Source of the DNA: an uncultured Verrucomicrobiae bacterium
GTDB taxonomy: Bacteria; Verrucomicrobiota; Verrucomicrobiia; Chthoniobacterales; JAFAMB01
Length of the DNA stretch: 64,000 nt
Assembly (NCBI GenBank): GCA_963837955.1
Contig: CAWIPH010000002.1
Coordinates: forward strand, 2,336,001-2,400,000
Direction of reading: 5' to 3'
How positions within the stretch are numbered: position 1 is the stretch's first letter; each line of letters opens with the position of its first letter. This document shows, one piece after another, positions 48,714 to 58,250 of this stretch. Both the position numbers and the translations under genes were made by a program. The notes beneath the pieces were generated by a model. The model was not told where the DNA came from and ran no database searches. It saw only the letters and a list, made by a program, of their open reading frames with translations.

Positions 48714-49367
48714 TCATCGGCTCGTGATCTGAAAGTCTTCGATCGTTTCTTTAATCACGGAAACGGCGGTTCGAAAGGTTTTGGGATTCTCGCTTTCGCT
48801 TTCCAAGAAATTCACGAGTGCCGCAAGATCCAGGAGCTTGGCGATTTCTCTCCAATTGTCTACCAGGGTCACCGAATCCGAAACGTAGCCTTCGACAAAT
48901 GCTCTATTGAAGCCACGCGGTGATTCGTTCTCGAACCTCAGAAAATTTCCCAAGTCGACGAGGGGAGAACCGGAAGCAGAAAATTCCCAATCTAAGATCC
49001 CTGCGACATCCCACTTCGCACCGACTCGTCTCATCATGATATTCTTTGGGTTGTAGTCACAGTGAATGAGCCGGGTCGTGTTCGTTACATTTTGGTAGGT
49101 CGCCCGCTTGCTTTGAACGAGGGTCAGCGTGTATTCTTGGAGCGCCTTGCTAAACTCGCCTTGTGGCTTGGCTGAAATTCTTAAGACTAGAGAACTGTCG
49201 TCTTCAAGATGGAGGCGATAGTTAGAGTTTATAAATCCACCCGCGAGCAACGAAATCGTTTTAATTTTTGACGCTACAAGATAGGGATCCACCAACTCGC
49301 GGATCTCATTGATACTCAATGACACAGTAGGCTCCCGCCGGTCGAACTTCTCGTTGTAATCGATCAT
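48714..49367 (-). pseudogene. Aminoglycoside phosphotransferase (APH)-like kinase, apparently internally deleted
   Basis: GGFINSNY..LVLRI N-lobe followed only ~35 aa later by LIHCDYNPKNI and ILDWEF. 217 aa, short for the family. Confidence 0.6.
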
Positions 49368-49402
49368 GTGGTCCCAAGTATGAAGATGAAGCGGGCCGGT
49401 GA

Positions 49403-49585
49403 CCCGCAACCAAAATCGTCCTCGTCGTGGTGCTCGTCCTCGAGGTATTGCATTGACGCATTCACCAGAGTTCAGTCCCACTCAGAAGTTCCAATTTTCC
49501 GGTTTCCTTATCTAATTCCTTATCATCGGCGCTTAAAATCGAGGACGAGCACGAGCACGACGACGAGGACGATTTTGGTTGCGGG
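49403..49585. repeat. Element bounded by ~40-bp inverted repeats of CGTCCTCGT type
   Basis: CCCGCAACCAAAATCGTCCTCGTCGTGGTGCTCGTCCTCGA (49403-49443) versus TCGAGGACGAGCACGAGCACGACGACGAGGACGATTTTGGTTGCGGG (49539-49585). Confidence 0.85.
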
Positions 49586-49600
49586 AGGGCTAGCGGATAT

Positions 49601-49957
49601 TTAAGCGGTAATCATTTCGCGGATCGTAGCCCGACGAGCAACCCTTTGACCGGCGCAGGCATAGTGAGAAGGGAGTTCCTCGATGCGGTCAGTCTCAGAT
49701 CCACCGTCGCTGCTGCGGCGCACAGTGAAACGGAGGATGACCACGTTCGTCCGCACGCGAAAGAACGAGAAAGATGCGCTTTCTTGGCCAAGTATTGCTT
49801 CCAATCGAAGGATGAACCGCTCGCTGAGAGGTGCGTTTGGTTTCAGGGTTAAACCAACTTGGAAATCGGTTCCAACACCTTCGGAAATCTCGATCCGATC
49901 CACGAGTTGCTCGGTCCGGAAGACTTCTAAACGATGCTCAAGTTCGGATCTAGTCAT
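49601..49957 (-). CDS. Hypothetical protein
   Basis: ORF from MTRSELEHRL. No family recognised. Confidence 0.4.
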   Translation of the reverse strand: MTRSELEHRLEVFRTEQLVDRIEISEGVGTDFQVGLTLKPNAPLSERFILRLEAILGQESASFSFFRVRTNVVILRFTVRRSSDGGSETDRIEELPSHYACAGQRVARRATIREMITA

Positions 49958-50464
49958 ACAAGATAATAGAGTGTTATGATATGACACGACAGAAGTCAAC
50001 ACTTGTGTTGGGACCGGCGCGTTCAGAAATGCCGCAGTGTTTAGTCAAGCCTGTGGCGAGAAGGGGTGTGTAGTCGGGCCAACGTCGCTATACTTGGCGC
50101 GCCTGGCAGTGCGATTGAAGAACACCACATGGCTGGCCGCGACGTAGGCTTTGCGCAGTCGGGCCACTGTTGGGGAAGCCAACAATCGGTCACGCTCAAA
50201 TTATGAGCTTCGCCAATCAGCCTACAATTGCGGCACTTGAGACAAGAAATGGCCAATTTCCAAGACCCTGGTGTAAATCACACCGGGGCAGTGAATTTGC
50301 CTTTATATCTCCGCAGATACCAGGACACCTCGATCCGATGATTATGCTGACTCGAGGGCTTCGCGCTCCCGACTTAACGTTTCTCCCAGGCCGAAAAGAC
50401 CGAGCATCGTTACCGAACTGAGGAGCTGAAGAACAGGCATTTAGCCATACACCAGGGGCAAAGC

Positions 50465-51265
50465 ATGCAGCAAACAACTACAGAACTAGCCGAATCCCTC
50501 CACCAATTCGTAACTATCTGGAAAATGATCGGAAGACCCTTTCCACGGGTTGATCAGACGGATAAACCGGGACTGGCGATAACCTGGCCGGATACGCACT
50601 TTCCTTTCTACAACGCGCTTTTTCTGACCGAACGGCTGACGGATGCACATGTACTACAAAACAGAGTGCAAGAAGCAGCTGCATACATGCGTGCCCGTCC
50701 GAATGGGGGACTATTCGTCATGTGTCTGGATAATGTGGCTGGGGCTGCCAAGGAAGCCTTATCCACGATCGTGGCCCAGGCAAAGTTTGTGCAGGCTATA
50801 CCAATGACCGGCATGGCAGGCGATATCCTCCCGATGGAAGCACCGGGACACCCGGCGCTTCGATTTGAACGAATCCTGGATGACTCAACGATACAGGATT
50901 TCGCACAAATCAATTGTGTTTCGTACGATGTGCCGGTCGAGACGAGCACCTCCCTGGTGAAAGAGCACACGCTTTGGCACGAGCACGCCTATGGATTTGT
51001 GGCGTACGAACGTAACAAGCCAGTGTCAACCGCAACAGCAATCATCAACGAAGGCTGCCTCTTTCTCTTCCTGGTGGCAACGATGCCCGAGGCACGGCGC
51101 AAAGGGTATGGGGAAGCGGTGGTGCGACATGCCCTACAGAGAGCCCACGAAGCGACTGGCATCAGCAGAACCGTGCTACACGCTACAGAGGCCGGATATC
51201 CGCTCTACCTGCGTCTTGGATACCACCCGACTGTGAAGTTCATGGGTTGTATGCTGGGGTCCTGA
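50465..51265 (+). CDS. GNAT family N-acetyltransferase
   Basis: VATMPEARRKGYG acetyl-CoA motif and LHATEAGYPLY.RLGY. Confidence 0.92.
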   Translation: MQQTTTELAESLHQFVTIWKMIGRPFPRVDQTDKPGLAITWPDTHFPFYNALFLTERLTDAHVLQNRVQEAAAYMRARPNGGLFVMCLDNVAGAAKEALSTIVAQAKFVQAIPMTGMAGDILPMEAPGHPALRFERILDDSTIQDFAQINCVSYDVPVETSTSLVKEHTLWHEHAYGFVAYERNKPVSTATAIINEGCLFLFLVATMPEARRKGYGEAVVRHALQRAHEATGISRTVLHATEAGYPLYLRLGYHPTVKFMGCMLGS

Positions 51266-51434
51266 GCCCGAAACGAGCAAGCCGATTTCTCTCGTATCGT
51301 ATTCGTTCGTTGCGCTCATGTTTAAACTCCGATGAGCCGCGATGAAACGTCGCGACGTGGTGTCCTTCGTTCCTTAGCGCGGAAGCAATATGCCAACCGA
51401 TGAAGCGAGTCCCTCCTAAAATCAGTACGCGCAT
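51240..51434 (-). pseudogene. N-terminal fragment of an NAD-dependent epimerase/dehydratase
   Basis: MRVLILGGTRFIG.HI...L...GH.V..FHRG, then loses similarity and runs into the GNAT 3' end. Confidence 0.75.
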
Positions 51435-51619
51435 GAAAAGAATCTTGTTCAGCTGTGCCCTAGCACAATATTGTCGGCGACGATGAATCGAAAAGTTTGG
51501 TTCTGGCTCCTTGCCCTCATGGCTGCGGTACTCATCTTGAACTCTTGCGCTAGCGAGGAGGGCGTGGGCCCGGCCGATGGTGAACTGGACAGGAGTCACG
51601 GCGGCCTCTAAAAGGTACG

Positions 51620-51957
51620 GTCCGCCATAGCCCGTCCTCTCAAAGCCAATACCCTGACAAGTTTGGCGACGGCGGACTTGTCCCGCCATAGCCGGTCCCC
51701 TCAAAGCCAATCTGCTAACAAGTCTGGCGGCGGCGGACTTGTCCCGCCATAGCCGGTCCCCTCAAAGCCAATCTGCTAACAAGTCTGGCGGCGGCGGACC
51801 TGTCCGCCATAGCCCTGCCCTCCAAGCCGATCTGCTAACAAGTTTTGGCGTCGGCGGAAGGCTTTAGCGAATGACGTAGCCTTTGCGAAGGCGGACTTGT
51901 CCGCCATAGCCGGTCCCCTCAAAGCCAATCTGCTAACAAGTCTGGCGGCGGCGGAAG
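51620..51957. repeat. Tandem array of five ~60-bp palindrome-bounded units
   Basis: Units GTC(C)CGCCATAGCC..CAAAGCCAATCTGCTAACAAGTCTGGCGGCGGCGGA start at 51620, 51680, 51741, 51802 and 51899. Confidence 0.92.
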
Positions 51958-52336
51958 ACGTTTGTCGTTTTACTCAAAGATCATGTTAGCAATGTTCCTG
52001 CCTCAATTGCGTCTTCGGCAGCGATCGTAGTGAAGTAGGCTTTAAGGCCACCGGCATTAACTGACCTTGACTAGCGGCCGTCGCACCAAGCCAGAAACTC
52101 AGTTCAGCGCTTTTGGGGCGAACCCGATCGGATCTTGCGATCGAATGTCCAGGCCACCAAAACGATGCCGTTGTTAGCAAAAGTGGTTGCTCCCGTGAAT
52201 TTTGCTCGCTCCTAGCCGAACCAGAGCGCATCCTAAATCCTGGTGGCTATGTAAAACATGGTCGTTGAGCGCTTTGGCTGCTCTTAACGCACACGGCCAT
52301 TCCAGGCCACCGGAAATTTGTTACGATCACGCGACC

Positions 52337-54637
52337 ATGAAACCCGCCCCCCCGCTTCGGTCAAACTCACGGTTTACTACTTCGTGGTTAGCTATTCTCT
52401 GTCTGATTTTTCTACTTGTCGGGACCCAGACATCGTCTTCCCAAGTGCAAACCGAGGTGTGGAATAACGGCGGAAAAGGAAATTGGTTCACTCCAACCAA
52501 CTGGACTCCGTTCGGTGTTCCGGGGCCCGCTCAAACCGCTGTCGTCAACACGGGCATAGCCCAAATTTTTGGAGGCAATGCCACGGTTAATAATCTATCC
52601 ATTGGCGTGCCCTTCGGCGCACTGCCGGCGGGCGGCGGAACAGTAGAGGTCGGCGGCGGGCATAGCCTGGTGGTCAACAATCTTTTGACGATCGGCCCCA
52701 ACGGAACGCTACAAATTGATGACGGCGCTGCTTTTCGAGTTTTCGGGGCGATTCAAAACAACGGGAACATCATTATGAGCTCCGGAAGCTTTTTTGGAGT
52801 CTTCGGGGGCACCGGCAGTATCACGAAAATCGGACCTGGCACGCTGCAAGAGAACGCCAGCCTAGATCCGGCCGCTCATGTCTTTGTTAATGGCGGTACG
52901 CTGATTGATGCCTCCGCCTCTCCCGGGATCATTGTCGTTACGGGGCCAACGAGCGTCCTCCGGGTAAACAGCGGCATTACGCTTGGAATAACTCCTATCG
53001 TTACTAACGGGGGAACAGTGGATAACTTTGGGCTGATCACGGTTGGTATCAATTACGGTCCGAGTGGCGGAAGCCTTATTAACGAGAGCGGTGGGCAGAT
53101 CTTTGGTAACATCAACCTAGGGAACGGTGCTAACACAGCTCAAATTTTCACTGGCAGCACCATTAATGGCGGTCTCAACCTCGGTCCGAGCACCGGTAGT
53201 ACCCTTATTCTGGACGGAGCCGGAACGCAGAACCTTAGCCAAGCCATTACGGGGACGATTACCAATTCTGGGTCGCTGACGAAGCAAGGCTCCGGGACCT
53301 GGATTGTCGATGAAGCGCTGAACGCACCTGTGTCCACCAAAGTGTTGGCAGGCATATTGCAGGTTAATCAAACGCTGACTTCTCCAGTTGTGACCGTTGA
53401 GGCTGGCGGGACACTTACCGGTCCGGGAACAATCGTTGGAACCCTCTTCAACTCGGGATTCCTTCAGCCGGGAGACGCGCCAGGGACCCTCACAATCTCT
53501 GGTAATTACACCCAGAGTTCGGCCGGTACTCTCAATATCCGGCTCGCCTCTACTTCCAGTTTCGATCGATTAATTATTGGCGGGCACGCAACCCTAGATG
53601 GCACCTTGCGGCTGACGCTGCTGAACGGATTCAAGCCAACTAGCGGTCAATTTAACATCTTGACCGCCGGCCTAGGGACAAGCGGAACGTTTCGAACGGT
53701 TATTAGCCCGCTCGGTGACCCTTTTCAGGTAGCCTATGGCAAAAATGGCATCGTTACTATCACGCCCGCTAGCGCCGCCGTGCCTACCCCGAGGCCGACG
53801 CCTGCCGTGCCTCACGTAGCAGCCGTCACTGCTGCTAATAAGAACCAAGTCCAGCTCGGGGACGGGACACCTATCAGCACGACGGCAATGCTGACTGATG
53901 CTTCATTTTACGGGTTCGGAACTCCGGCCGATCGCGCGCTGGAATCCGGCAAGAACGGGATCGCCATCTCATTCGACGCGGCTGAGTTCGATATCAAAGG
54001 GCAAAAGGGCGAGGTTTACACGTTGCCGATCAGTGGAGGGTACAAGCTCACGGACTGCGTGCGGCTCGATTATGTGATTCCTTTGCAATACGTGAAATTG
54101 CCGCATGACCATCTGTTTCAGGAGGGCTTGGTTCTCAATCTTCCCATAAACGTTATCCGCCGCTCGGATGTCCAACCCTGGACCTGGGATGTTACTCCCA
54201 CCGTGGCAATGGCCGAGGCCGGTACCAAGGAATTTATCGGAGGCGCTGCCCTGACCAACGTGATCAGCTACCGGTGGGGTGTTGTCACTCTCACCTACGG
54301 TAACTATATGAGCTTCTACGAAGGTAAAAGATGGACGACGGACGACATTAATTTTCCCAAACGCGTGAGCCAGCAGATCATGAAAAATGGGCTGAAAGTC
54401 ACTGTCCCATTTGGCAAGGATTGGGTGTTCGATGCTTATGGCATTTACACGCAGTACTTCCAATCCGCAGCTATTAGCTCGTACTACACGATTGGAGGTG
54501 AACTGGGCCGTCGCTTCTCCTGGAATTTCGAAGGCCAGCGAATCGACCTGGGCTTCTTCAGCCTGGGCTTTTACGCGGAGTTAGGGAATCGGTATAGCTC
54601 TGGTCATATCCAACTCGGTACTGCCTGGAATTTCTGA
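52337..54637 (+). CDS. Autotransporter-like outer-membrane protein (G/T/N-rich passenger, C-terminal beta-barrel)
   Basis: Signal peptide, GNWF.PTNW, ITKIGPGTL and LTKQGSGTW passenger repeats, PG..PGTLTI.GNYTQ...GTL, Pro-rich linker, amphipathic strands ending in ..GTAWNF. Confidence 0.85.
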   Translation: MKPAPPLRSNSRFTTSWLAILCLIFLLVGTQTSSSQVQTEVWNNGGKGNWFTPTNWTPFGVPGPAQTAVVNTGIAQIFGGNATVNNLSIGVPFGALPAGGGTVEVGGGHSLVVNNLLTIGPNGTLQIDDGAAFRVFGAIQNNGNIIMSSGSFFGVFGGTGSITKIGPGTLQENASLDPAAHVFVNGGTLIDASASPGIIVVTGPTSVLRVNSGITLGITPIVTNGGTVDNFGLITVGINYGPSGGSLINESGGQIFGNINLGNGANTAQIFTGSTINGGLNLGPSTGSTLILDGAGTQNLSQAITGTITNSGSLTKQGSGTWIVDEALNAPVSTKVLAGILQVNQTLTSPVVTVEAGGTLTGPGTIVGTLFNSGFLQPGDAPGTLTISGNYTQSSAGTLNIRLASTSSFDRLIIGGHATLDGTLRLTLLNGFKPTSGQFNILTAGLGTSGTFRTVISPLGDPFQVAYGKNGIVTITPASAAVPTPRPTPAVPHVAAVTAANKNQVQLGDGTPISTTAMLTDASFYGFGTPADRALESGKNGIAISFDAAEFDIKGQKGEVYTLPISGGYKLTDCVRLDYVIPLQYVKLPHDHLFQEGLVLNLPINVIRRSDVQPWTWDVTPTVAMAEAGTKEFIGGAALTNVISYRWGVVTLTYGNYMSFYEGKRWTTDDINFPKRVSQQIMKNGLKVTVPFGKDWVFDAYGIYTQYFQSAAISSYYTIGGELGRRFSWNFEGQRIDLGFFSLGFYAELGNRYSSGHIQLGTAWNF

Positions 54638-54665
54638 GCTGGAACAACGTCGGCAGCGGCGACGC

Positions 54666-54788
54666 GTCCGACGAAGCCCGTGGTGATAATTCGAATTGGC
54701 GGTGAAGGGATTCGCGAAGTCGGAAGTGTCCGACGAAGCCTGTAGTGACAAACCGAATTACCGGTGAAGAGACTCGCGAAGTCGGAAG
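54666..54788. repeat. Two diverged 62-bp tandem repeats
   Basis: GTCCGACGAAGCC..GGTGAAG..TCGCGAAGTCGGAAG at 54666 and 54728. Confidence 0.8.
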
Positions 54789-55077
54789 CCGCGATTCAGG
54801 ATAGCCGAGCCTGCGAGGGTAGGGAACAGGCATATAGGTCGCCACGTTTTCAGCCGCGAAGCCGCGATTCAGGATAGCCTAGCCTGCAGGGCTAGGAACA
54901 GGCATATAGGTCGCCACGTTTTCAGCGGCGAAGCCGCGAGTCAAGATAGCCTAGCCTGCGGGGCTAGGGAACAGGCATATAGGTCGCCACGTTTTCAGCG
55001 GCGAAGCCGCGATTCAAGATAGCCTAGCCTGCAGGGCTAGGAACAGGCATATCTAAATGGCCAGCGCTGAAGGCGCG
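54785..55077. repeat. Tandem array of four 72-73-bp units
   Basis: GAAGCCGCGA.TCARGATAGCCTAGCCTGCAGGGCTAGGAACAGGCATATAGGTCGCCACGTTTTCAGC starting at 54785, 54858, 54930 and 55003 (last copy partial). Confidence 0.92.
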
Positions 55078-55175
55078 TTTCAACGCCAGATTCCCATGCC
55101 TCATTCCATCTGTTGACGAGATTGGATATCACACCAAATCGTTCCAGTCTGCACTGAGCGCTCTTTCACTGCTGA

Positions 55176-55958
55176 TCACGCTCTTATGCCGTCGTCAATA
55201 CCGGTAACACCGAAACGGTCACCAAGTAGGCCGCGAAATTCTGCCTCGCTCCCGATCATCCGCTCTGCCCGATTTCCTTCGATAGTCTCGATGAAGCGGT
55301 CGCCGCTGATCGTTAAACGCCCGGTCGGCGTGGCCATAGAGCAGATCGTCTTGCGCGTAAAGTGACTTGCCGGCGAAGTCTGGTGGTACTTGCACATTTC
55401 AGCGAAATCGTCGAGGCGGCGAGCAACGAGAGTAAAGAGGTATAGGGGTTCCCACGGTCCGTCCGGCGCGCGTTCGCGAATCAGCCAATCATCGCCATTG
55501 CGCGATAACAGAAACGTCTTTCGCGAATCGTTCTGCTCTATGTCAGCAACCACACGCAACGGTTCAAGGAACGCCTCGCCGAAACCGACGTCGACCAGAT
55601 AGGGCTGATCGAGATCGACTAGCAGCGCTAGATGATCAAATTCGGGACCGAAAGACCCTTCGCGATCGGCAGCGCGTGCAGACAGCAGGGTTACCTGAAA
55701 ACCGAGTGAGCTTAGCAAGAACGCAAATAGCCCATTGAGTTCGTAGCAGAAACCACCGCGACGGCGGCTAACGATCTTCTCAAAGAGACTCGCGAGATCG
55801 AGCCGAATCGGCCGTCCCAGGTGAATGTCCAGATTCTCAAATGGAACCCGGATCAGATGGGCATACTGAAGCCGGCGCAGGCTTTCGATGTCGACAGTGA
55901 TTGGCCCAACCAGACCAATCCGAGCCAGATAGGCAGGGACATTAAAAGCTTCAGACAT
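55176..55958 (-). CDS. nat: Arylamine N-acetyltransferase
   Basis: YL.RIG, VPFENLD, RRGGFCYELN (catalytic Cys), DHLAL, LVDVGFG, SHF. Confidence 0.95.
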   Translation of the reverse strand: MSEAFNVPAYLARIGLVGPITVDIESLRRLQYAHLIRVPFENLDIHLGRPIRLDLASLFEKIVSRRRGGFCYELNGLFAFLLSSLGFQVTLLSARAADREGSFGPEFDHLALLVDLDQPYLVDVGFGEAFLEPLRVVADIEQNDSRKTFLLSRNGDDWLIRERAPDGPWEPLYLFTLVARRLDDFAEMCKYHQTSPASHFTRKTICSMATPTGRLTISGDRFIETIEGNRAERMIGSEAEFRGLLGDRFGVTGIDDGIRA

Positions 55959-56041
55959 CCTCCGAGAATAAGTCACGGAAACGAGTGTGGACAAGCGAAC
56001 GTAATACTCTTGAAATTTGTGCAAATCAGGGAGCTAGTTCG

Positions 56042-57103
56042 CTAAGGAGTTGGAGGTTCGCCCATCCAGGCGCGCCGGAGAAGTTCACGGATTGGCTGAA
56101 GCTCGAGTTTTCGCGGATTCCAATACGGGTTCTGGGTTGCGAGCAGGGCAGCTTTTTCGATCCCGGCTTCTGGCATCCCAAGCTCTCGCAAGGAGCGTCT
56201 TGTTCCAAGTCGACCAGCAAGATCGTACAAGCCGACCCAGGCGTTTTTCGTTCCCAGTGCTTCGGCGATCGTACTCATCACGACAGGTTCGGCTGGCGAG
56301 TTATAGGCCGTTGCATGCGGCAAAATAACTGTATGAGTTTCCGCATGAGGAAGGTTGAATGTTCCTCCTAAGACGTGGCAAAGCTTATGGTGCAAGGACA
56401 TGCCGACAGCTCCCAAGCAAGTACCAGCGAGCCAGGCACCGTAGAGGGCGTCCGTGCGTGCGGATTCATCCTTTGAGTTTGTCACAATGGCCGGCAGACT
56501 CCGCACAAACGTTCGGATCGACTCCTCAGCCATCAGAGAAATAATCGGGTTACGGTCTTTTGCGTACAAGCCCTCAACGGCATGTGCGACCGCGTTCATG
56601 CCGCTAGTAACGCTGATCGGAATCGGCAGAGTGATCGTGAGTGCCGGGTCGTACAATACGACTTCCGGCAGAACCTTGAGGGTGCGCTTCGTCGTCTTTT
56701 GACCATCCTCGGTTTCGCCAAGGATCGGAGTCATCTCGGAACCGGCGTAAGTTGTGGGAATCACGATCTGAGGCAGATCTGTTCGCAGCGCGATGGCTTT
56801 CCCCAGGCCTATCGTGGAACCGCCTCCGAGCGCGACCGTACAATCCGCGTTAGCCGAACGAACAATTTCGGCCGCCCGTTCCGACACTGTGACGGGAGTG
56901 TGCATGACCGCGCCGGCAAATACGTCGACAGCAAGTCTGCCGATCTGTTGCGCTAAGTCTCTGGCCTGACTTTCCTGTCCGGGAGTGGATAACATGAGCG
57001 CTCGAGAGCAGCCAAGGCGTTCGATTTCCGAGGAAAGGTGGCTACGAATTCCGGCTCCAAAAAGCACGCGGCTCGGTAGCGCTTCGTAGGTAAAGTTCAT
57101 CAT
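56042..57103 (-). CDS. Maleylacetate reductase (iron-containing ADH family)
   Basis: F.Y...P.RV.FG.G, A.MHTP, GGGSTIGLGKAIALRT, PTTYAGSE.T, SGMNA.AHAVE, LHHKLCH.LGG.F.LPHAETH, NPYWNPR. Confidence 0.93.
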   Translation of the reverse strand: MMNFTYEALPSRVLFGAGIRSHLSSEIERLGCSRALMLSTPGQESQARDLAQQIGRLAVDVFAGAVMHTPVTVSERAAEIVRSANADCTVALGGGSTIGLGKAIALRTDLPQIVIPTTYAGSEMTPILGETEDGQKTTKRTLKVLPEVVLYDPALTITLPIPISVTSGMNAVAHAVEGLYAKDRNPIISLMAEESIRTFVRSLPAIVTNSKDESARTDALYGAWLAGTCLGAVGMSLHHKLCHVLGGTFNLPHAETHTVILPHATAYNSPAEPVVMSTIAEALGTKNAWVGLYDLAGRLGTRRSLRELGMPEAGIEKAALLATQNPYWNPRKLELQPIRELLRRAWMGEPPTP

Positions 57104-57178
57104 AAATTCTCTTCGCAAAAATCTAGATAAGCGTTCGGCCCGAAGGAAACGGGATCCTATCGAATTTGGGCCGCGTAG

Positions 57179-58246
57179 TTACTTCTTTTCGGATCGCTCA
57201 AGAACACTGGTTAAACCAGGCCCGACCGTAGTCTGCGGGTTCTGAAGGCGAACCCTGCGGCGCAACGGAAAGAACTGTATGTCAAATCTCTCTGCTAACA
57301 ATCCGGCAATCCCTTTTGGCATGGTCAGGGTCATAATAACGGCAAAGAGGCCGAGTAGCATTAAATACCAGGGACCCATGTCGGCGAAAAACTCGCGAAG
57401 TAAGAAAAAGAGGATAGTACCTAGCAGTGGTCCTTCCATTCTTCCGATACCGCCAATGACGACGATGAAAATGACAAATGCTGTCCAGTCATTGACACTG
57501 AAAGCCGCGTCGGGGCTGATGCGGAGTTTCTGAAGCGCGATCAGCGCACCGACGCTGCCCGTGGCGCTGGCTGTCAGTAAGTAGATTAGAAATTTGGTGC
57601 GGTAGTTATCAACGCCAACGCTCTCGGCCGCCGGTTCGCTATCTCGGATCGCTGTCAATGCGAGACCCCAGCGAGACCGAAGAATAAGATAAATAGTCGC
57701 CAGAACTACAACGATTAGTAGGAGACCGGTCCAGTAGATCATGTAGTCTCGAGCCACACGCGTCGGGGCCATACTCTGAACTATCTGGGTGGGCAGACTC
57801 GAACCAGAGCCACCTCCAAGTACGCTAATCTGGGCGAACGTTAGGCGGTAGACCTCGGCGACTACCCAGGTTCCAATAGCAAAGTAAGCACCTTTCAAGC
57901 GGAAAATTATCCAAGCGGTGGGAACTGCGAACAAGGCTGCGACGACACCGGCTAGCAATACTGCCAAGACCGGCGGCAGTCCCAGGAAAATCGTCAAGGC
58001 AAAGAGCGAATAGCCGCCAAGCCCGACAAAGGCTTGTTGGCCAATAGAAACGAGACCCGTATAACCAGCCAGCAAGTTCCAAAGACTGGCGAGAGCAAGG
58101 TAGGAGAAGATCTCGACCAGAAGGTATAATTCGGATCTTCCGCTGTAAAAGGGAGCGGCGACAAGAAGAACGAGAACCAGAAAACCGACGGCGGCGAAGA
58201 TGCGGCTACTCCGAGTGCTTCGCTCAATGCGAACGGCTTCTGTCAT
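57179..58246 (-). CDS. Branched-chain-amino-acid-type ABC permease (LivM-like)
   Basis: WNLLAGY.GLVS.GQ.AF.G.GGY, RL.GAYFAI.T, AIRD.E.AA.S.GV, VVIGG.G..EGP. Confidence 0.93.
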   Translation of the reverse strand: MTEAVRIERSTRSSRIFAAVGFLVLVLLVAAPFYSGRSELYLLVEIFSYLALASLWNLLAGYTGLVSIGQQAFVGLGGYSLFALTIFLGLPPVLAVLLAGVVAALFAVPTAWIIFRLKGAYFAIGTWVVAEVYRLTFAQISVLGGGSGSSLPTQIVQSMAPTRVARDYMIYWTGLLLIVVVLATIYLILRSRWGLALTAIRDSEPAAESVGVDNYRTKFLIYLLTASATGSVGALIALQKLRISPDAAFSVNDWTAFVIFIVVIGGIGRMEGPLLGTILFFLLREFFADMGPWYLMLLGLFAVIMTLTMPKGIAGLLAERFDIQFFPLRRRVRLQNPQTTVGPGLTSVLERSEKK

Positions 58247-58250
58247 AGCT

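Noticed and set aside
47995..48727. Several overlapping ORFs (up to 172 aa)
   Set aside because: They lie in duplicated palindromic repeats and have low-complexity Arg/Ser-rich translations.
50045..50200. dGTPase-like fragment (FERDRLLASPTVARLRK on the minus strand)
   Set aside because: The resemblance is short and weak, with no start codon and no HD motif.
51620..51957. CRISPR array
   Set aside because: The intervening segments are near-identical rather than unique spacers, and no cas genes are present.
54785..55077. CRISPR or guide-RNA array
   Set aside because: Whole units repeat with only point differences. No variable spacers and no adjacent nuclease.
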